Source: an uncultured Thermococci archaeon
Lineage (GTDB): Archaea; CAYQAE01; CAYVLA01
Assembly: GCA_964549615.1 (NCBI GenBank)
Contig: CAZJVP010000088.1
Coordinates: 25,868 to 89,867 of the forward strand
Reading direction: 5' to 3'
DNA length: 64,000 bases
A program made the translations under genes and the position numbers. The first letter of the stretch is position 1, and every line of letters begins with the position of its first letter. Below the pieces are notes generated by a model. It searched no databases. It had not been told where the DNA came from and was given only the letters and a program-made list of their open reading frames with translations. This document shows, piece after piece, positions 57,793-64,000 of the stretch.

Positions 57793-57981
57793 TCAGGAGA
57801 CGCTCAGTGCATATCTTCCTTTCTTTCGGATCTTGAGCTTCTCCGCCAGGATCGACTTCGTGGGATCCACGATCACGAGCAGGCCGCTCCATCGAGGGGA
57901 GAATGAGCTCCCCTTACAGTTGGGGCACACGGTCCCCTTCGGCAATATGTAGAAACAGTTCCTGCACGCCCTGCCCCGCAT
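57793..57981 (-). CDS. spt4: Transcription elongation factor Spt4 (RpoE'')
   Basis: ACRNC...CPNC, WSG, SILA, GRYAL. Confidence 0.93.
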   Translation of the reverse strand: MRGRACRNCFYILPKGTVCPNCKGSSFSPRWSGLLVIVDPTKSILAEKLKIRKKGRYALSVS

Positions 57982-58535
57982 CACGCAGCCTCCTTCTTGT
58001 CCTCCTCTATCCATTCCAGTTTCCCAAGTCCCGGCTGTCTCATCGTCAAGGCGATCTTGCCGCTGATGGTTGGCCCACCCTTGATGCTTATGGCAACGAT
58101 CCTCGCCCTGACTTGATCGCCCTCCCTCAGGACTCGATTGCTCTCCTTTCCTATGAACCTTGCGTTCTTCTTGTCGTGTATTATGAAATCGTCAGTGATC
58201 TGCGACACGTGCACGAGGCCGTCCAGCGGTCCGAGCCTGACGAAGGCCCCGAAGTCCACGATCTCGACGACCTGTCCCATGGTTATCTCCTGCATCTCCG
58301 GTTTGTAGGTCAGAACCTCGAACTCGGTGTCGTGATAGGTCGCCCCGTCGCCCGGGGTGATGAGTCCTCTACCTACCTTCAGCACGCCCGTGACGCAGAT
58401 GATCAGCCCAAGATCCTTGTCCAGCACCCCTTCGTAGTCCTCCCTCAGAAGTTTCTCCACCACGCTCATCCTGTCTTGTCCGAAGAGGTTCGGTGGGATT
58501 CGCACCGTGTCCCTAAGCGTTACCAGCTTGTACAT
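57981..58535 (-). CDS. rpo7: RNA polymerase subunit Rpo7 (E')
   Basis: VRIPP, PGDGATY, FGAFVRLGPLDGLVHVSQI, LTMRQPGLGKLEW. Confidence 0.96.
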   Translation of the reverse strand: MYKLVTLRDTVRIPPNLFGQDRMSVVEKLLREDYEGVLDKDLGLIICVTGVLKVGRGLITPGDGATYHDTEFEVLTYKPEMQEITMGQVVEIVDFGAFVRLGPLDGLVHVSQITDDFIIHDKKNARFIGKESNRVLREGDQVRARIVAISIKGGPTISGKIALTMRQPGLGKLEWIEEDKKEAA

Positions 58536-58573
58536 CCATCCACCTCACGAGGCCGAGTGTGAAAGCTTGAGAT

Positions 58574-58962
58574 CTACAAGAAGTCGAGGTGAGAGTAGTC
58601 CCGCACCCCGATAACCCGTGTCCCACGCTCTTTTAATATGTTTTTAAGATGACCGTCGTTCGTACAAACGACCGCCTTGTCCCCGTACCGCTCGGCCAAC
58701 TCCAGTATCGCAGCGTCCGCATCGGAGGCCCGAATCGGCACCAATTCGCATCGAGCAGCCAACCCAAGCCCGAGGCGAGCTGCGGCGGCCGCCCTTCCAT
58801 GCCCCCTGGAGATCAGCTGGAGCTCTTCGATCACCATGCTCGGCACCAGGAGCCTGTGGAATTGCGGAAGCAGCCTGTCCAAATCCTCAAACAGCCTGAG
58901 CGAAGACCGATAGGCGCTCATAAAAAACTCGAGTCCAGGATCACGAAAGCCTCGTCATTCAA
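58574..58962 (-). CDS. Fcf1/Utp24-like PIN-domain protein, split by a -1 frameshift near the 5' end
   Basis: Frame 0 TTG..FVILDSSFL*; frame -1 MSAY...VIEEL...DADAAIL...CTNDGHL; junction AGT TTT TTA TGA; conserved position between aIF2g and rpo7. Confidence 0.8.
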
Positions 58963-60196
58963 CCGTTCCATGCCCGATCAGCCTCCACCTGTAGCCTATC
59001 CTCCTGCTTATGGCCGCCCGCGACCCTACCATCGTGCAGACGGGCAGGTGAAGTCTCACCTTCACCCTGGAGCCGGACATCTCCCTGACGACCCCTGCAG
59101 TTCGAGCTGTGCCCACGTTAAGCATCAACAGTTCGTTGGTCTTGATCGGCGCCACGTCCAACTCCTCCTCCGTCCCAACCACCTTCTCCATGAGCTCCAC
59201 CCGCAGGCTGAGTTCGTCCCACACCTCGGGCAACTGCCCGGGATGTCCCACAATATGGCCCACAAGGTTGTCTGACTTGGTAAGGGAGGGATCCAGCATC
59301 GTGCCGATCCCAATCAAGCCGCCTGGCCCCGCTTCATCTACGCGCATCGTGCCCCTCATTATCGACTCTATCGTCGTCCTCATTGGCGTCCAGACAGTCT
59401 TTCCTTCAACCTCCCTTCGCCTACCGGGACGAATCTCGATCTCATCCCCCTTCTTCAGTCGCCCCTGCGACAGCGTGCCGCCGACGACCCCTCCCACCAG
59501 CCTTTCTGGCGGGCCTCCGGGCCTGTTGACATCGAACGATCGAGCCACCATCATTAGCGGCGGCTTGTCCGCAGATCTGGGGGGAGGGTTAAACCGCTGG
59601 TTCATGGCCATGATCAAGACGTCGATGTTCGCCTTCTGCTGGGCAGAGACCGGGATGATGAGCGGGTTGGCAATCTTGGAGGACGAAAGGAAGTTCGCTA
59701 TCTCCCGGTAGTTCCGCTTGGCCTGCTCCACATCGACCAGGTCGATCTTGTTCTGGACGACTATGAGATCCTTGACCCCCAGAATCTCCAAGCCCCTCAG
59801 GTGCTCTTTGGTCTGGGGCTGCGGGCACGGCTCGTTTGCGGCAATGACCAGGATGGCGCCGTCCATTATCGCTGCTCCTGAGAGCATCGTCGCCATCAGC
59901 GTCTCGTGTCCCGGGGAGTCCACGAAGGAGACCTTCTTCACGGGCTCCGCCTCCCCTCCGCAGGCCCTGCACGTCGGCTCCGTCGTGTAGCATTCCGGCT
60001 CGCCGCACTTCGGGCACTTCCTAATGACCGTGTCTGCGTATCCGAGCCTGATCGTGATGCCCTTCTTCAACTCCTCCGAGTGCCTATCGGTCCAGACCCC
60101 GGACAGGGCGGCCGTGAGCGTCGTCTTCCCGTGATCCACGTGGCCAACCATTCCCACGTTGACATGGGGAAGCTGTGGCGAACCATCTCCCGTTAT
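58955..60196 (-). CDS. eif2g: Translation initiation factor 2 subunit gamma
   Basis: GHVDHGKTT, DRHSEE, DSPGHE, PQPQT, NKID, RWRLIG; start placed at ATA 60196 (first standard in-frame start is GTG 60157). Confidence 0.95.
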   Translation of the reverse strand: MTGDGSPQLPHVNVGMVGHVDHGKTTLTAALSGVWTDRHSEELKKGITIRLGYADTVIRKCPKCGEPECYTTEPTCRACGGEAEPVKKVSFVDSPGHETLMATMLSGAAIMDGAILVIAANEPCPQPQTKEHLRGLEILGVKDLIVVQNKIDLVDVEQAKRNYREIANFLSSSKIANPLIIPVSAQQKANIDVLIMAMNQRFNPPPRSADKPPLMMVARSFDVNRPGGPPERLVGGVVGGTLSQGRLKKGDEIEIRPGRRREVEGKTVWTPMRTTIESIMRGTMRVDEAGPGGLIGIGTMLDPSLTKSDNLVGHIVGHPGQLPEVWDELSLRVELMEKVVGTEEELDVAPIKTNELLMLNVGTARTAGVVREMSGSRVKVRLHLPVCTMVGSRAAISRRIGYRWRLIGHGTVE

Positions 60197-60207
60197 GCAG
60201 AGACCTC

Positions 60208-60591
60208 CTAGGAGCCTTCCTTCTTGAGGATGTTCTCAAGAGGCGTCTTGCCCTCCTGGACGACGACCATGTTGATCTGCTCTATCTCCTCGGACAGGAT
60301 CTCGCCCACCACCGTCTTCCGGCGTCGAACGCAGTTACCCCCACGCCCTGATCCAGCGCCTCGGGCAAGGAGGGGAGCCGCCCTGCCAGCCTTGTGGATT
60401 CCGCGCCTCATCGGAAATCCTTGCTTGTCGGTCCCGCCAGTCAACCTAAGCCTGTATCCCGGCAGACCCACTAGGCCCCCATCCACTTCTTCCCCCAGCC
60501 GCCTCCCCAGCAGATCCCCCATCTTGGACTGTTCGAGTTCGAGCTGATAGCTTCTACCGTTCTTGGGATTGCTGATAACGATCTTGGGCAA
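60208..60591 (-). CDS. rps6e: 30S ribosomal protein S6e
   Basis: LTGGTDKQGFPMR, RRRKTV. Confidence 0.95.
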   Translation of the reverse strand: MPKIVISNPKNGRSYQLELEQSKMGDLLGRRLGEEVDGGLVGLPGYRLRLTGGTDKQGFPMRRGIHKAGRAAPLLARGAGSGRGGNCVRRRKTVVGEILSEEIEQINMVVVQEGKTPLENILKKEGS

Positions 60592-60629
60592 AGAAACCCT
60601 CCGAGCGCCCCGTTATCTATTCCAAGGCC

Positions 60630-62408
60630 CTAAAGACCCCAGAATAGGTCTTTCTTCCTCCTCAGAGCCAAGAATTCTTTAAATGTTTCCATTTCTGAAC
60701 TGCTCATGGTCGGGGCCAACTTCGCGTTTATCAGCTTCGCGTCCTCCTGCGGAATGTCAACCAGGAGCTCCTCTCCCTCCTTGACGTTCCTTCCGATGAC
60801 GGCACCGTCGATGGAGACCGCGACCTCCATGCCCTCCGTTGCCTTATCTATGTTCTTGGACTCCTGCTGTATCTGCTTCACCCGGCCGATCTTCGTGCCC
60901 TCGGTGTTGACAAGTTCCCTCCGAGGCCTTATCTCCCCGGACAGGACGCGTATCCCACAGATGGCAGGTTTGGACTGCCGGAACACGAAGCCGGGCATAA
61001 CGAGGATCTTGCACGGCATAACGACCCTCTCTCGCAGGAGCTCCAGCTGCCGCTCCTGCCACTGCTTCTTCCACGCCTCGTACTCATCAAACATCTGGAA
61101 GATTATCTTGCTCTCGATCAGCTTGATCCTTTTCTCATCGGAGTACTCCCGCGCATCGGGTGCGACGCCGACGTTGAACGCAAGCACGGCGCCGAGAAGA
61201 GGGTCCTTCCTGCCGACGATCTCGGCGTCGATCACATCCCTCTTTGACACCTCCCCGATGTCGGCCACCCGAACGCCAACGGATCGGTTCTTGAGGTGAG
61301 CGACGATCGCCTCCAGACTGCCTAGGGCATCGGCCTTCACCACCACGCCGATGTTGTCCGTACGCACCCTTATGGCCCCGACCTCCTCGGCTATCGATCT
61401 CTCGATCTCCTCCCTCTTTCCCGGTGGGACAACGTAGAGAGGCGAACCTGCGATCGCGTCCTCAAGCCCAGGCGCAACGACCCTCGCCCCAGCTGCTGCA
61501 ACTACTTCATCCGTTTGCACGAACCGCTCCCTGGGATCCCGCATCTCGTCAAGAGGCTTAGGCAGCAGCAGGGCTCTCACATTGGTATGTATGATCCCTC
61601 GCCTCCCCGCGAGAGCAATGTTGTCGTCCTTCCGAATGATGCCATCGTAGATTATCGCGTCCACCGTCATCCCGATGCCCTTCGTCTCTTTGACCTCTAG
61701 GACGGTGGCCTTCCCGGGGCCTTTAACCTCAACCTTCAGCGAGCTTTCCAGGTACCTCTGGGTGATTCCCGTTATGAAGAGTAGAAGCTCCGGGATGCCC
61801 TCCCCCGTCTTCGCCGAGATGGGTATGATGCAGACCTCCTTGGTGAAGTCTTTGACCCTGTCGTACCTCTCCGATCTGTAACCGAGGTCATGGAGCTTCC
61901 CTATCAGGGCATAGACCTTCTCGTCAAGCTCAGCAAGCTGCCGACTTCCCTGAACCTTGAAGGACTCGGAAAGGCTTGCTCCCGGCGCGGGACGCCAACC
62001 CGTGATCTTGTCGATCTTGTTGAGGGCGATGAGGAATGGGGTCTTGAAGATCCTCAGTATCTCCATCGCCTCCCTCGTCTGCGCCATCACTCCCTCGTTG
62101 ATGTCGATGACCAGGACGGCGAAGTCTGCTATCGAGCCTCCCCGTCGCCTGAGATTCGTGAACGCCTCATGCCCAGGGGTGTCGATGAAAAGGAGGCCGG
62201 GAATTGCGATCTCGAACCGACGCTCCGCCAAGAGGGATCCGCTGACCTGCTTTATCACGTCCAGGGGCACGTACGATGCGCCTATGGCCTGGGTTATGGC
62301 TCCCGCCTCCCGCGCCGCCACCGTAGTCCCGCGGATCTTGTCGAGAAGGGTCGTTTTCCCATGATCCACGTGGCCGAGTACCGATATCACGGGTTGCCTG
62401 AGAACCAT
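60630..62408 (-). CDS. infB: Translation initiation factor aIF5B (IF-2)
   Basis: LRQPVISVLGHVDHGKT, DTPGHEAFTNLRRRGG, NKID, DALGSLEA. Confidence 0.97.
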   Translation of the reverse strand: MVLRQPVISVLGHVDHGKTTLLDKIRGTTVAAREAGAITQAIGASYVPLDVIKQVSGSLLAERRFEIAIPGLLFIDTPGHEAFTNLRRRGGSIADFAVLVIDINEGVMAQTREAMEILRIFKTPFLIALNKIDKITGWRPAPGASLSESFKVQGSRQLAELDEKVYALIGKLHDLGYRSERYDRVKDFTKEVCIIPISAKTGEGIPELLLFITGITQRYLESSLKVEVKGPGKATVLEVKETKGIGMTVDAIIYDGIIRKDDNIALAGRRGIIHTNVRALLLPKPLDEMRDPRERFVQTDEVVAAAGARVVAPGLEDAIAGSPLYVVPPGKREEIERSIAEEVGAIRVRTDNIGVVVKADALGSLEAIVAHLKNRSVGVRVADIGEVSKRDVIDAEIVGRKDPLLGAVLAFNVGVAPDAREYSDEKRIKLIESKIIFQMFDEYEAWKKQWQERQLELLRERVVMPCKILVMPGFVFRQSKPAICGIRVLSGEIRPRRELVNTEGTKIGRVKQIQQESKNIDKATEGMEVAVSIDGAVIGRNVKEGEELLVDIPQEDAKLINAKLAPTMSSSEMETFKEFLALRRKKDLFWGL

Positions 62409-62438
62409 TCACACATGCCCCCGAAACACGATGGACTG

Positions 62439-62906
62439 TCAGACCCGGTGGATCGACGACGAAGCTAGGTCGTAGTCGAAGATCTCTCCATCGGCGAAGA
62501 AGAGGCCGATCTCCCTGCTTGCCGATTCGGGCGAATCCGATGCATGCACGAGATTGAAGATGACGTTCGTTCTCTCGATCGCTAGGTCGCCCCGAATCGT
62601 TCCGGGCTCCGCCTCGGACGGATCGGTTGCCCCTACCATCTTCCTCACGACTTCAACGGCCTTTCGACCTTCCACGACCATTGCGACGCTCGGCGATGAC
62701 GTAACGTAATCGATGAGAGGTTCGTAGAATGGCTTCCCAGCATGCTGCCCGTAGTGGGACCGGGCCTTCTCCTTGTCCACCCACACTAGCTTGAGCCCAA
62801 CGATCTTTAGACCCTTTCTCTCAAGTCTGCCGATGATCTCCCCGATGAGCCCCCTCCGGACTCCATCCGGCTTGATCATGAGCAAGGTTCTCTCAGGTCG
62901 CGTCAT
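62439..62906 (-). CDS. ndk: Nucleoside diphosphate kinase
   Basis: [27 protein letters not shown]. Confidence 0.96.
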   Translation of the reverse strand: MTRPERTLLMIKPDGVRRGLIGEIIGRLERKGLKIVGLKLVWVDKEKARSHYGQHAGKPFYEPLIDYVTSSPSVAMVVEGRKAVEVVRKMVGATDPSEAEPGTIRGDLAIERTNVIFNLVHASDSPESASREIGLFFADGEIFDYDLASSSIHRV

Positions 62907-62919
62907 CTCCCGCCCCATG

Positions 62920-63282
62920 CTACTCGCCCTCTGCCTTTGCCTCATCCTTCAGATCTGGCGCGCTGGAAGGCTGCTCCTTCCCTTCGGTCGGCTTCTCTTC
63001 GCCCGGCTTTGACTTCCCCGCTCGTGCGCGCCTCTTTCTCTCCTTCTTGGGCGCTACCTCGGCCTCTGGCGCCTTAGCTCTCTCTTGGGGCGGAGGCGAG
63101 AGGCCTCTCTCGAAGTGCGCTGTCCACTTCAACTTCCGGGCCTTTCTTCCCAGACGGATAAGACTCCGCTCGCACTTGCGGCTGCAGAAATAGAATCTCT
63201 GGTTATCGTTGCTTACGAACATCAACCCCGTTCCGGGCTCAACGGGGTTGCCGCAGAAAGAGCAGACAACGCGCAGAGGCAA
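62920..63282 (-). CDS. rpl24e: 50S ribosomal protein L24e
   Basis: CSFCG...PGTG...FCSRKC...LKWT; long charged tail. Confidence 0.94.
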   Translation of the reverse strand: MPLRVVCSFCGNPVEPGTGLMFVSNDNQRFYFCSRKCERSLIRLGRKARKLKWTAHFERGLSPPPQERAKAPEAEVAPKKERKRRARAGKSKPGEEKPTEGKEQPSSAPDLKDEAKAEGE

Positions 63283-63294
63283 GCGACCATCCCC

Positions 63295-63510
63295 TCAAGG
63301 AGCTGATATCTCTCTGGCCTCCCTTTCGGTCTCACGAAGCATCAGGATGTCGCCCAGACGAACCGGACCTTTCGTGTTCCGCCTGATTATCCTGCCCTTG
63401 TCGCGGCCAGCCAGCACTCGGCACCTCACCTGAAGTACCTCGCCGTATACGCCAGTTCTGCCACGGATCTCGATCACTTCCGCTGGGATCGCGTCAAGCT
63501 TCTCCTCCAA
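63295..63510 (-). CDS. rps28e: 30S ribosomal protein S28e
   Basis: [24 protein letters not shown]. Confidence 0.96.
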   Translation of the reverse strand: MEEKLDAIPAEVIEIRGRTGVYGEVLQVRCRVLAGRDKGRIIRRNTKGPVRLGDILMLRETEREAREISAP

Positions 63511-63556
63511 TTCCCCGAACCTCCGGCGTTCCGGCTAGCTTCTCCAGGCTCAAGAC

Positions 63557-64000
63557 CTACGCCTGATCCGCCTCCCCCGCCTTCCTAGATGGGGACTTCT
63601 TGGGCGCCTTCTTGGCCTGAACCCGCTTCTTCGGCTGCTTCTTTTCTGCCTCTTCCTTCTCTGCCCCGGCAGGTTCCTCCTTCGAGACCTCCTCAGCCTC
63701 AGCTACTGCCTCCGCCTCTTCCTCCTTGGCCTCCTCCTCAGCCTCGGCAGCGGCCTTCTCCGCCTTGGCTTCCTTCTTCGGAAGCTCCTCGCCCCTCATC
63801 AGGGCCTCGATGTTGTCGACGATCTCCTTCAGCTTCGCAGCCGCCTTTCCTGGCTTGACCACCGCCACCGAGGCCGTCGGGACTTCCAGCCCGGCCGATA
63901 CGCCAAGTTCGTCCTTGCTGGGAACCACGATGAACGGAACCCCTTTCTCCTTGCAGAGCAGGGGAAGGTGGGCTATGACCTCCTCGGGTTCAACGTCCCT
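63557..64000 (-). CDS. rpl7ae: 50S ribosomal protein L7Ae (5'-partial)
   Basis: DVEPEEVIAHLPLLCKEKGVPF..SKDELG..AGLEV; frame runs off the window end; long acidic then basic tail. Confidence 0.92.
   Translation of the reverse strand, partial: RDVEPEEVIAHLPLLCKEKGVPFIVVPSKDELGVSAGLEVPTASVAVVKPGKAAAKLKEIVDNIEALMRGEELPKKEAKAEKAAAEAEEEAKEEEAEAVAEAEEVSKEEPAGAEKEEAEKKQPKKRVQAKKAPKKSPSRKAGEADQA

Noticed and set aside
1-64000. IS elements, integrases, proviral genes, rRNA, inteins in RadA/aIF5B
   Set aside because: No transposase, integrase or capsid motifs or rRNA signatures seen; RadA and aIF5B are normal length

Overview
Gene-dense, GC-rich archaeal chromosome segment. The archaeal assignment rests on radA, multi-OB RPA, ABCE1/RLI, aIF2-gamma, aIF5B, rpo7/spt4, ribosomal proteins S6e/S24e/S28e/L24e/L7Ae and BRE/TATA promoters. 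A tRNA with non-canonical introns and a splicing endonuclease with a crenarchaeal-type loop suggest a TACK-like lineage (inference). From left to right: two VapBC toxin-antitoxin modules flanking a tRNA-Ser(GCT) with three BHB introns; a GIFT/CARDB surface protein; ileS, cmk and gatA; a YdjC-ceramidase fusion; radA, RPA and a tandem zinc-finger gene; hisA/hisB; then a ~13 kb cell-surface locus. That locus holds a GT2, a MacB/LolCDE-type ABC transporter whose second permease is a 2079-aa fusion with ~11 Ig-like repeats and a GT-C glycosyltransferase, an ArnD-like deacetylase, a GT4, a decayed EamA/ArnEF-like flippase and an exo/archaeosortase. After it come a glycoside-hydrolase-like gene, wecC, a fused beta-alpha endA, RLI, a HAD hydrolase, JAMM, MoaD/SAMP, AOR, a regulator with an SsuABC/NMT1-type ABC importer, a wHTH/PD-(D/E)XK nuclease, a TGT/beta-like TIM barrel, wecB, a Trp-rich helical-repeat protein, PAC2, iolB, a class V aminotransferase, two CPBP proteases and the conserved translation/transcription cluster. 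Most notable: the ABC permease-Ig repeat-GT-C fusion locus with its sortase; the triple-intron tRNA with a matching EndA; a U-UUU-UUA -1 slippery site in the core PIN gene; and an apparent ATA start for aIF2-gamma. All family calls come from motif recognition by eye; no searches were run.
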